From positions 73,493 through 105,492 of the forward strand of contig JAEOUO010000003.1 in assembly GCA_016839265.1 (NCBI GenBank): DNA of 32,000 nt. Direction: 5' to 3'. Both the position numbers and the translations under genes were made by a program. The notes under the pieces were generated by a model. It ran no database searches. It had not been told where the DNA came from and saw only the letters and a program-made list of their open reading frames with translations. Shown here piece after piece: positions 1 through 8,306 of this stretch. Within the stretch, counting starts at the first letter, position 1; the number at the start of each line of letters is the position of its first letter. This DNA is from Candidatus Odinarchaeota archaeon. GTDB taxonomy: Archaea; Asgardarchaeota; Odinarchaeia; Odinarchaeales; Odinarchaeaceae.

Positions 1-525
1 AACGCCTTTAGACTCCTTTTTAAGCTGTTTAATGTCCTCTTTTATCTCCTGTAAGCTTGGTAGACCTTTACAAGGCCTGTTAATAATCTTATAAGCTTTC
101 TCATCTCCCGCATCGAATTTAGCGCTTACAAAGTCGAAGGTTAAAAGCGCTTGAAAAACATCTTCACGCGGAATCAAAGAGGAATTCGTTAAGATACCTA
201 AAGGTTTCCCCTTGATAAGATCTCGTATATTATCAACGATTTCAAGTAGAGAAAGATTTAACGTTGGCTCACCTGTTCCCGAGATTGTGACGAAATCTAT
301 TGAGTCTAATTCAATCTTATTCAAGTATTCTTCTAAAGCGGTTCTAATCTGTTTCGCGGCGGGGAGCTGGTTTTGAATATCCTCAGGTTTCGAAACATAA
401 AACTCAGTTCTGCCTAGTTGACAGTAAATACAAGAGTAGCTGCATTTCTTCGGCAGCGTGGTCACGTCCACACCAAGTGAGCGCCCGAACCTCCAAGAGG
501 GTACAGGCCCGTATATTAAACTCAA
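1..525 (-). CDS. Radical SAM protein (COG0731-like), 3' end runs off the window
   Basis: Manual translation from TTG at 525: MSLIYGPVPSWRFGRSLGVDVTTLPKKCSYSCIYCQLG (CxxxCxxC), later FVTISGTGEPTL. Open to position 1; starts 2 nt after the Mrp stop. Not in the ORF track. Confidence 0.85.
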   Translation of the reverse strand, partial: MSLIYGPVPSWRFGRSLGVDVTTLPKKCSYSCIYCQLGRTEFYVSKPEDIQNQLPAAKQIRTALEEYLNKIELDSIDFVTISGTGEPTLNLSLLEIVDNIRDLIKGKPLGILTNSSLIPREDVFQALLTFDFVSAKFDAGDEKAYKIINRPCKGLPSLQEIKEDIKQLKKESKGV

Positions 526-527
526 CT

Positions 528-1343
528 TTAAGCCTTCACATCTATTATTTTAATTAATTCGTCAACCAGCCGATCATAAGCTTTTTCAACTTCACTATTG
601 TTTCCAGCTAGAATTACAGGTTTACCTGTATCAGCTAGTTTAGAAGCTTCTAAATCTAACGGGATTTTCGCCAGTAAAACTGTTTTAAGATAGCTAGCTA
701 TTTTCTCCCCGGCGCCCTCTCCGAAAATATTATAGGTGGAACCGCATTTCGGGCATTTAAAACAGCTCATATTCTCTACAACCCCTAAAATAGGGATTTT
801 CAGTATTTTAGCCATGTTACCAGCTTTATCCACGATGAACTCGGATAGTTGAGAGGGGTGAGTTACAAGTATTATTCCTTTAATAGACGGAATTAACTGC
901 ATGATGCTTAAAGGTTCATCCCCTGTTCCAGGCGGTAAATCAATAAACAAATAGTCTAAGCTACCCCAGTCAGCGTCTGATAGAAAACGCTTAATCATAT
1001 TACCTTTCATCGGCCCACGCCAGATCACCGGCATAGTCTTATCAGGGAGCATTAAATCAATGGACAAAACTTTAACACCCCGCACGCCGCTCGGTAAAAT
1101 CAGCGAATCGTTCGCACCGTATAAACCTTCAGTAACCCCCAGCATTTTAGCAATAGAAGGGCCGTGGAAATCCGCGTCGAAAACACCCACCTTAAAACCA
1201 CGGCTTGCTAAGCCTACGGCGAGGTTAACTGTCACCGTGCTTTTACCAACACCACCCTTACCGCTCATCACAGCGATGACATTCTTAACAGAGCTTAAAC
1301 GCTTAGCTAAATTTCCATCATCACGCCTACTATCTGAACTCAT
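528..1343 (-). CDS. mrp: Mrp/NBP35 (ApbC) family Fe-S cluster carrier ATPase
   Basis: Deviant Walker A SGKGGVGKST, DADFHGPS, WRGPM, DLPPGTGD, ENMS followed by CPKC. Confidence 0.93.
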   Translation of the reverse strand: MSSDSRRDDGNLAKRLSSVKNVIAVMSGKGGVGKSTVTVNLAVGLASRGFKVGVFDADFHGPSIAKMLGVTEGLYGANDSLILPSGVRGVKVLSIDLMLPDKTMPVIWRGPMKGNMIKRFLSDADWGSLDYLFIDLPPGTGDEPLSIMQLIPSIKGIILVTHPSQLSEFIVDKAGNMAKILKIPILGVVENMSCFKCPKCGSTYNIFGEGAGEKIASYLKTVLLAKIPLDLEASKLADTGKPVILAGNNSEVEKAYDRLVDELIKIIDVKA

Positions 1344-1396
1344 AAGAATAACCCCTTAGCGAACAGTTAAACAGTTATATTTTAAACATATAAATA

Positions 1397-1416
1397 TTTT
1401 GTGTATAAGCACAAAA
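1397..1416. promoter_or_regulatory. Inverted repeat TTTTGTG-N6-CACAAAA upstream of mrp (possible operator, or terminator of the upstream TA operon)
   Basis: 7-bp arms at 1397-1403 and 1410-1416 in an intergenic region; function not demonstrated. Confidence 0.3.
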
Positions 1417-1466
1417 ATATAATATTCACTATTAGTATACAGTGTTAAATCAAAAAAATTGAAGAA

Positions 1467-1986
1467 TTATAAACTAATATTATTCAGTAAATCTATAATT
1501 TTTAGATAGCTTTCAATACTACACCGCCAGCCTGCACCGATCATTTCATAAACAGCTTTCACAGCTCTATCTTTTGGAATAATACTTTCAAGCACAGCAC
1601 GAATTCAAATATAAGGTGTTCCAGCGTAAGACATTTCATAAATCTTAGCAACATTACTCGCAAGCTCGTCGTCAATTATCGCTAAGCCTTCTAACTCTCT
1701 GGCAAGAGATAAAACCTCAGCATCCGCTTTATGAAGCCCTCTTGTTTTCATCAATCTTCTGGTAAACTCATTATCTTCCGGTTCAATAATTTTAAATATT
1801 TTATTATTAAAGAGTTTTTCTAATATAATAGCGTCTGCAACACCTTTATTTTTCCCCTTATCCACTACTTCAATTTTAACTATTGGCGTTGTTATTTTTT
1901 CCTCACTTAGTTTTTCTAAAACATGACTTAAACCAGTTTTAACTAGGGTAAATTAAAGGTGTAGAGTTGAAGACAAGAGGTTTCAT
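1467..1986 (-). pseudogene. PIN-domain toxin (DUF3368-type) pseudogene
   Basis: ATG 1986 gives MKPLVFNSTPLIY; one extra C near 1947 shifts the frame (LVKTGLSHVLEKL...EVVDKG...LHKADAEVLSLA...IIDDELA...GTPYI). An in-frame TGA at 1605-1607 is followed by IRAVLESIIPKDRAVKAVYEMIGAGWRCS to TAA at 1467. Track ORF 1605..1865 is only the middle fragment. Confidence 0.85.
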
Positions 1987-1989
1987 TAA

Positions 1990-2301
1990 TTATTCCGCCG
2001 AAGCGTCTTTAAACTCTCTTTCAATATCAGTAGGGGTTAACTTAACCCATTCAATGTTATGTTGTTTCACAAGTTCAGCAAAATCCCATAGTGAAAGCTT
2101 AGCTATTTCAGCAGCAGCGGTAAAGGTTATCTTTCCAGCTCGGAGAAGCGCTAATGCATTCCGTTTACGCCATTCAGAGAGGCCTAGCTCGATAAGATTC
2201 CTAACAATGGTTGCTCTATCCTGTTTAGTATCCTCAACTACTTGGAGAATTTCCTGTTCTAATTATTTCGGAATTCTAACAGTTAAAGGTTTAAGAGACA
2301 A
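1990..2301 (-). pseudogene. UPF0175-family antitoxin pseudogene
   Basis: GGTGA RBS, then TTG 2301: MSLKPLTVRIPK*LEQEI...GKITFTAAAEIAKLSLWDFAELVKQHNI. In-frame TAA at 2263-2265; ends 3 nt before the toxin ATG. Confidence 0.8.
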
Positions 2302-2437
2302 TTCATTCACCGTATACAAATGATGCTAAACGAATACATAAATATTCGCTAAACATTATTTTTATATAATAGGCTGTGCATATTCAGATGAATATTTAAT
2401 TTTATTTTTAATGAAATAATAAATATGGTAATGTTAT

Positions 2438-2974
2438 ATGGTTAACAGATTATTAGTTTGGGAGATTATCGGAATAATTTTCATAATAATTGTAGGAAGT
2501 TTTATGCATTTTGCTTGCGAGCTTTCAGGCGGGTTTCCAGCTGTAGGTATATTCGCCGCGGTTAATGAGAGTGTTTACAAGCATTTGAAACTAGGGTTTT
2601 GGCCGGCGGTGTTTTTTATACCTTTAGAGTACAGTTTCGTGAAGGATAAGGCTAATAACTTTATGCTGGCTAAGATGGCTGCTGCTTTGATTATTCCCGC
2701 TTCAATTATCGGAATATTCTATTTGTACTCTGCGATCTTAGGCGGGGACCTGTTTATTCTGGATATTGCGACGTTTATTATCGCAGTGGTTATCGGTCAG
2801 CTTGCAAGCTATAAGATTTTAACTGTTAGACCTGTTTCAAAAAGAATCGCTTGGATTTCAGTTATTGTGCTAGTGGTGTTTATGATTGTTTTTCCGTTGC
2901 TAACTTTCTATCCTCCGGAGATGTTCATCTTTCAGGACCCTGTTTCAGGCTTATACGGTATAAAGACCGTTTAA
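2438..2974 (+). CDS. Integral membrane protein, DUF6512-like
   Basis: About 5 TM segments; GSFMHF...AVNESVYKHLKLGFWP resembles the family motif VNESxWEHLKL. Confidence 0.6.
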   Translation: MVNRLLVWEIIGIIFIIIVGSFMHFACELSGGFPAVGIFAAVNESVYKHLKLGFWPAVFFIPLEYSFVKDKANNFMLAKMAAALIIPASIIGIFYLYSAILGGDLFILDIATFIIAVVIGQLASYKILTVRPVSKRIAWISVIVLVVFMIVFPLLTFYPPEMFIFQDPVSGLYGIKTV

Positions 2975-3026
2975 TATTCTGAAAAAAATAAAAATTAATA
3001 ATAAAAAAAGAAAGATAGTTTAAGAC

Positions 3027-4334
3027 CTACTCGTACCCACACCATTCAAGTGCTGCATATGCGTATATTTTAGCCGCTTTAACTAATTCATCTATTTTCA
3101 CATATTCATTTGGACCATGAGCGACTCTAAGATCACCTGGACCTATTGTAACTGTAGGGATGCCAGCCATATTTAAGAATGCAGCGTCGTCAACCGCTGC
3201 GAAACCATAATATTTGGCAGGCTCGTTCATTACTGCCTCGTAGGCTTGGCCACAAAGACGGGAAATTGGAGCGTCTATTGGTAAATCGAAGGCGGGCCAG
3301 AATAAAAGCCACTCGACTTTTGGCGGATGCTTTGTAAGCCAGGGATCTGTTAAAGCCCATTTTTTGATTGTATCTTCAATCTCCTTTTGTATCTGCTCGT
3401 AGGAGTCTTTTGGATGACCCCAGATAGCATATTCTATTGTGCTTTTATTTGATATTACGAAGGCACCATTAGGGCCGCCTGTTATAACACCTGGGTGTAT
3501 TGTGAAATGCCCCGGTCTGGTGAACAGCGGATGTGTTTTAGTTCTCCCCCATTCGTCTTCTAGTTTTCTAAGTCCTTCATATATTATCATAGCTTTGTCT
3601 ATTGAGGAGACTCCTATTTGGTCACCACCACCGCCGGCTCTTATAAGTTCATCTCTCATCGAGGCGTGAACAGCCTTTCCTTCAATGGTAACGCGCATAT
3701 AAGATACGTTCGGGGATGCGGGTATAACAGCTAGGGAATATGGTGGTGCAGATGGTTCAACATTAATACAAGCGTCGGCTTTATATCCTTTTTTGATACA
3801 TGCGCCGGTGCCCGCATCGGTGTTCATCATTTCTTCTCCTACAACACTCTCGTATATTATGTCCCCTTTTAATTTGTATCCTGCGTCAAGGATCCCCCTA
3901 ATAGCGGCTATTGCAGCTATATTGCCGCCTTTCATATCAGTAGATCCACGGCCGTAGATTTTACCGTCTTTGATCTCTCCGCTCCATGGCCCTGCAATAG
4001 TCCAATCTTCATCCGGCCCAGGAGGTACAACGTCAACATGACCATTAAACATTAAGGATTTACCGTTGCCTGTTCCTTTTAGAGTACCTACGAGGTTTTT
4101 TCGCCCCTCTTCATGAGCGAATAAGTCAGTTTTAAAGCCTAGATCCTTCAATATTTGTTCAACGAATTCGTTAACCTTTGTTTCACCCCCGAGTTCTTCT
4201 TCATATTTCACACCGATGTATGTAGGATTTACGCTTCGTATACGAATAGTGTCTTGAGTATGTTTTACTAGTGTATTTTTTAGGGCATCTATTTTTTTGA
4301 ACACTTTATTTTTTACATCTTCTTCTACCGTCAA
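3027..4334 (-). CDS. M20 family ArgE/DapE-like deacylase
   Basis: NGHVDVVP, GRGSTDMKGG, VGEE and AHGPNEY metal-binding motifs; TDPWLTKHPPKVEW segment typical of the YlmB/YodQ/ArgE-like subgroup. Confidence 0.9.
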   Translation of the reverse strand: MTVEEDVKNKVFKKIDALKNTLVKHTQDTIRIRSVNPTYIGVKYEEELGGETKVNEFVEQILKDLGFKTDLFAHEEGRKNLVGTLKGTGNGKSLMFNGHVDVVPPGPDEDWTIAGPWSGEIKDGKIYGRGSTDMKGGNIAAIAAIRGILDAGYKLKGDIIYESVVGEEMMNTDAGTGACIKKGYKADACINVEPSAPPYSLAVIPASPNVSYMRVTIEGKAVHASMRDELIRAGGGGDQIGVSSIDKAMIIYEGLRKLEDEWGRTKTHPLFTRPGHFTIHPGVITGGPNGAFVISNKSTIEYAIWGHPKDSYEQIQKEIEDTIKKWALTDPWLTKHPPKVEWLLFWPAFDLPIDAPISRLCGQAYEAVMNEPAKYYGFAAVDDAAFLNMAGIPTVTIGPGDLRVAHGPNEYVKIDELVKAAKIYAYAALEWCGYE

Positions 4335-4355
4335 GTCCGTTCACTCCTTTTTATT

Positions 4356-4895
4356 TTAAGGTAGGGGTATGCCCATTGGAGTGAAGTATCCAAATATAAA
4401 CCCCAACGCAACTATGCCATTTATCACCGCTACAAGATAGGTATTCCATGCGGTAATCTTCGGCCCTACTTTTCCAAGACCACTGAAGAGATAATAATTG
4501 AACCATAATTGCATCCATAAAACCCAAAAGAATGCGACTAAATACCAGCCTCCAATGATATTAAAGTATATATACGGCCATGTTGCGAAAACGACAAATA
4601 GGGCATAATGACCTAGACCTTTATAATTTTCAGCTCTCCCCAGAATATCAAAAGCGTAAAAGTAATATGTAAACCCAAACAGAAAGCTGCCGGCCATACT
4701 CGCAACGTCGCCTAAAATTAATCCGTAGTAAAAACCTGATATGGCGTTTATAGTTCCCGTTATAAAGCACATAATCATTACTTCAAGCGGTTTGACTCTG
4801 CCTTCTACGCCCAGACCTATTATGAAGAGAACTGCACATACGTATAACATGTTGACTCCTAGTAGGCCTATCGGGAAACTCCAAGGTATTTGCAT
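4356..4895 (-). CDS. AmiS/UreI family amide/urea channel
   Basis: Six TMs; LYVCAVLF, FLFGFTYYF, KGLGHYALFV and WVLWMQLWF match AmiS/UreI signature segments. Confidence 0.8.
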   Translation of the reverse strand: MQIPWSFPIGLLGVNMLYVCAVLFIIGLGVEGRVKPLEVMIMCFITGTINAISGFYYGLILGDVASMAGSFLFGFTYYFYAFDILGRAENYKGLGHYALFVVFATWPYIYFNIIGGWYLVAFFWVLWMQLWFNYYLFSGLGKVGPKITAWNTYLVAVINGIVALGFIFGYFTPMGIPLP

Positions 4896-4949
4896 ATTAT
4901 AACCCCGATTATTTATTTATTTTATATATAAAAATATATCGCATATATT

Positions 4950-4976
4950 AGTATATTTAATATATATGAATATACT
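4950..4976. promoter_or_regulatory. Palindrome AGTATATT-N11-AATATACT upstream of the AmiS/UreI gene
   Basis: Perfect 8-bp arms at 4950-4957 and 4969-4976, about 55-80 nt upstream of the ATG, but in very AT-rich sequence. Confidence 0.35.
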
Positions 4977-5173
4977 GCTAAGATGAAACAATTAACTATT
5001 CTTAAAAAGGAAAAAAATTGTTATAATATCCTAATAAAAATTTATTTAGAAAGTAAAAGATTAGAATAAGCTCCAGGTTTATAAATATTCTAATGCTTTA
5101 GAAAATAGAGACAATAAAAAAATTGAATACTTGTTAATTTTAAATTCGAATATGTAAAGATCAATAATGTATA

Positions 5174-5866
5174 TTATCTTGCTCTGTTAACCCTTGGTCC
5201 TATTAGAGTCCACAGCCATTCTACGAATTCTCTGAGGTTTTTGGTTTGAATATATACTTCTCCAGGTCCTTTTATTTCTGTTACTAAGCCTTCTCCGCCG
5301 AGTATGGTTGATTTTAAGCCGCCGAATTTTTTCACAGTATATTCGCAAGAATTGCTGAAGGCGACTAGATGATAGTTGTCTATGATGAGGCTTTCACCCG
5401 GTTTTAACACATGTTTGTCTAGGGCTCCAAAGCAGTTTAGGAATACTTGTCCTTCCCCTTCTATTTTGATCATGAATAGGCTTTGACCGAAGATTCCTTT
5501 TACGAATCCTTGCCATTGAGTGTCTAAGGTTACTCCGGGTGTTGAAGCTATATAAGCTGATTGCTGGACGATGTAGCCGTTTTTACTATTCACTTCCAGT
5601 TTCACTATATCTCCTAATGGAGCGGATACTAATCCTATTTCCCCTGGACCGCCATGGGCGATGTAATCGTTAACGAAGAATGATTGTTGTCCTAGTATCG
5701 CGACTTTAAGAGATTTAAAGATCCCTTCCTCTCTTTTCCTAGTTTTCACCTCTAAGTTCGGGGTCATATAAGTCATAGCACCGGATTCAGCGGTTATCAT
5801 TTCTTCAGGTTTAAGTTTAACTACAAGCATTGAATACGAGGGACTGTATTTTATCTCATACTCCAT
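5174..5866 (-). CDS. TIGR00266/AIM24 family protein
   Basis: AESGAMTYM, SFFVNDY, TQWQGF, GGEGLVTEIKGPGEVYIQT. Confidence 0.9.
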   Translation of the reverse strand: MEYEIKYSPSYSMLVVKLKPEEMITAESGAMTYMTPNLEVKTRKREEGIFKSLKVAILGQQSFFVNDYIAHGGPGEIGLVSAPLGDIVKLEVNSKNGYIVQQSAYIASTPGVTLDTQWQGFVKGIFGQSLFMIKIEGEGQVFLNCFGALDKHVLKPGESLIIDNYHLVAFSNSCEYTVKKFGGLKSTILGGEGLVTEIKGPGEVYIQTKNLREFVEWLWTLIGPRVNRAR

Positions 5867-6024
5867 TTAAAATCCTCCAAAATAAACTGTTATAGTTTAT
5901 TATATCTTCATTAAAGTATATTTAACCTTGATTATTAACTAGACGAATATATTGAATTATCTGTTTAACTTTACTTCAAATAATTTATAAATGTGTATAT
6001 TTATACGTGTATGTGGGGGATATT

Positions 6025-6243
6025 ATGGGAGTTAAAAATATTTCAATAAAGGATAAAGTCTATAAAATGCTTAAAGAAGAGAAACGTGGCGAAGAAAGCT
6101 TCAGTGATGTAATAGAGAAGCTTATGACTAAGAGAAAAATAGATTTAAAAGATTTTTACGGTTGCCTTAGGGATAGTATGATTTTAGATGAAATATTTGA
6201 AAAAATAAAGGAATATCGAGATGAAGCGAGGGTTCGAATTTGA
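6025..6243 (+). CDS. vapB: VapB-family antitoxin (DUF217-like)
   Basis: KNISIKDKVYKMLKEEKRGEESFSDVIEKL motif; ATG 6025 follows a GGGGG RBS (track starts at 6007); overlaps the toxin start. Confidence 0.85.
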   Translation: MGVKNISIKDKVYKMLKEEKRGEESFSDVIEKLMTKRKIDLKDFYGCLRDSMILDEIFEKIKEYRDEARVRI

Positions 6244-6623
6244 TCATCTTGGATACTAGTGCTATAATTGATATTTTCAGAGGTAGAGAAGGTATTTTAG
6301 ACCTTATAGATACGGATGTAACTACAACGGTGATAAACTATCATGAAATAATGGCTGGTGTGAAACATAAAAAAGCTAAAATTGAGGAACGCTATTTTAG
6401 AAGGTTTTTTTCAAAAATAGAGGTCTTACCATATGAGAGTTCAGCGGCTGAAAAATCAAGTGAAATCCAAGCGTATATGATGAATTTAGGTAAAAAAGCG
6501 AATACGCTTGATATTTTAATAGCTGCGATAGCTATTCAAAATGGAGCTGAGAAAATACTAACAAGGGATAGAGATTTTGTTGAAATATCGAAAATAACTG
6601 ATTTAAAAGTGATAGTGTATTAA
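6240..6623 (+). CDS. vapC: VapC PIN-domain toxin
   Basis: IILDTSAIID, NYHEI, LDILIAA and TRDRDF retain the acidic catalytic residues. Confidence 0.92.
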   Translation: MIILDTSAIIDIFRGREGILDLIDTDVTTTVINYHEIMAGVKHKKAKIEERYFRRFFSKIEVLPYESSAAEKSSEIQAYMMNLGKKANTLDILIAAIAIQNGAEKILTRDRDFVEISKITDLKVIVY

Positions 6624-6638
6624 ATTTAGAATATCAGT

Positions 6639-8249
6639 TTATCTGGCAATTATGGATATTAAAGCTTTCATTAACGGTTTACTAGGTGTTGTTAAATCCA
6701 CGTTTTTAAGCATTGTTAGCATTTGGGCTGGTTGACCGCCTATTTTATCTATGAATCTTAGTGTTTCATCTGATAGTCTTGAGAACAGTTTGTTTAAGAA
6801 GACTTGGGTTAGGGAGACTTTAGCCCCAGCTGTCACGTGTTTAATATATTTTAAGGCGAATTCTGCGCTTAGCTTCCAGCTTCTGGTTACAAGCTCCCAG
6901 CGAGCGTCATTCATTAGATATGTTTTGAAGAATTCTTCACCGCTGAGAGCGCTGATACCTATTGGAATGAAGAATAGTGGGAAGAACCAGGCGGGTGTGC
7001 CTTTAAGATCGTCTAGAAGCTCTAATGTCAGCATGATATCGTCGTCTGTTTCATCAGGTAAACCGGTTATCATGGTTATGCACGGATACCAGTAGACGTC
7101 TTTCAGTATTTGGCAGGCTTCTACAACTACTTCATGCCATTCTTGAGGTGTGTATGGTAGAACTTTACCGCGCATATATTTTTCAAGCAACCTGGGGCTG
7201 CCCGTTTCTAAACCGATCTGCGGGCCTATCCAAGGCTCCTTCTCGTTTACACCCATGTAATAGTTTAATTCTTCTATAGGTTTTTCACCTGCAAGCTTCA
7301 TTGTACTGAAGTTTACATGTGTTGAAACTATTTTATCCACTCCAGGAATATTTCTAAGAGTTTGAAGGAGTTTAGTTAGCGCGTTTAAATTAAGTTCACG
7401 GAATCCTTTAGCCCCATATCTTAACCAATCTTCGCTTAGAAGATACAGGTTTTTCTCACCCGCGGCGATGCTCAGCTTCGCCTCTTTCACGATGATATCT
7501 AAAGGTACACTCCGCCAAGGCACCTGGGTTGGACCGCAGAACTGGCATCCTCGACCGCATCCTTCAGTTATCTGAACGAAACCGCATCTAGCCGGTCCGA
7601 GTATAGGATACACTTGATCAGGTTTTGGGGGTGCTGCTTTCACCACAGCCGGTACACTTTCACCTTTAATGAGTTTATCAATTATTTCAGGTAATGTTAC
7701 TTCAGCCGGACCGTAGTATCTTACATCTATCCCTAATAGTTCCGCCTCCTTATCTGTGACCTGCCAAGCCCCCGGTCCTCCTAAAATAACTTTAAAATTA
7801 TATTTTTCTTTAAGCAGTTTAATCTTCTTCATCAAAGAGAGAAACGCTAATTGAGTGGCTGTTTTCCCTCCTCCTAAGAGGTGGCGTAGAGTCCATGAAA
7901 CAGGGCCTCGACCCATCGGGTCAACCGCATCCACCCCTATTATCTTGGTTTCCTCAGATACAGCTTCATTCAGTTTAGAGGGGTGAATGAATTTTATATC
8001 ACTTTTATTGTAACCGCTATGGACTAAGCTGGCTTCCACTTTTCTAAGTGAGTATGGGGGGGCTAAAACCTCACCGTTCTTCATTCGAGGGCGAGGGCAT
8101 ATAATATATTTTACTAGAAAGTTTGGTAGCACTCTACGTGGAGCGCATAATATGAATCCTAGGAAGGAGGCTCCACCATACTCTGTCATAAGTGTTTCAT
8201 CAGCTGTTAAAATTATCCTGTTCATAAGCTCCCCTCCCAAAGCATACAA
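6639..8249 (-). CDS. Radical SAM protein with N-terminal B12-binding-like domain, function unknown (likely true start ATG 8225)
   Basis: GCGRGCQFC (CxxxCxxC), VILGGPGAWQ, IGLETGS, MITGLPDET; GGGAGGGG RBS precedes ATG 8225. Confidence 0.82.
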   Translation of the reverse strand: MYALGGELMNRIILTADETLMTEYGGASFLGFILCAPRRVLPNFLVKYIICPRPRMKNGEVLAPPYSLRKVEASLVHSGYNKSDIKFIHPSKLNEAVSEETKIIGVDAVDPMGRGPVSWTLRHLLGGGKTATQLAFLSLMKKIKLLKEKYNFKVILGGPGAWQVTDKEAELLGIDVRYYGPAEVTLPEIIDKLIKGESVPAVVKAAPPKPDQVYPILGPARCGFVQITEGCGRGCQFCGPTQVPWRSVPLDIIVKEAKLSIAAGEKNLYLLSEDWLRYGAKGFRELNLNALTKLLQTLRNIPGVDKIVSTHVNFSTMKLAGEKPIEELNYYMGVNEKEPWIGPQIGLETGSPRLLEKYMRGKVLPYTPQEWHEVVVEACQILKDVYWYPCITMITGLPDETDDDIMLTLELLDDLKGTPAWFFPLFFIPIGISALSGEEFFKTYLMNDARWELVTRSWKLSAEFALKYIKHVTAGAKVSLTQVFLNKLFSRLSDETLRFIDKIGGQPAQMLTMLKNVDLTTPSKPLMKALISIIAR

Positions 8250-8306
8250 GCACTAAAAACCAGTTTTAGATAATGAATTAAATCATATAAATATATTTCG
8301 ATATAC

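Noticed and set aside
1060-1359. 99-aa + strand ORF
   Set aside because: Antisense shadow of the well-supported mrp gene
1605-1607. In-frame TGA/TAA as selenocysteine or stop-codon recoding
   Set aside because: The same gene also has a frameshift, the aligned position is a hydrophobic residue, no SECIS is evident, and other genes use standard stops
1967-2323. 118-aa + strand ORF
   Set aside because: Antisense to the antitoxin pseudogene; no RBS or family features
2438-2974. YKH instead of WEH in the DUF6512-like motif as a sign of decay
   Set aside because: ORF intact, and family consensus recalled too loosely to judge
3439-7095. Short ORFs 3439..3669 and 6751..7095
   Set aside because: Antisense shadows of the M20 and radical SAM genes
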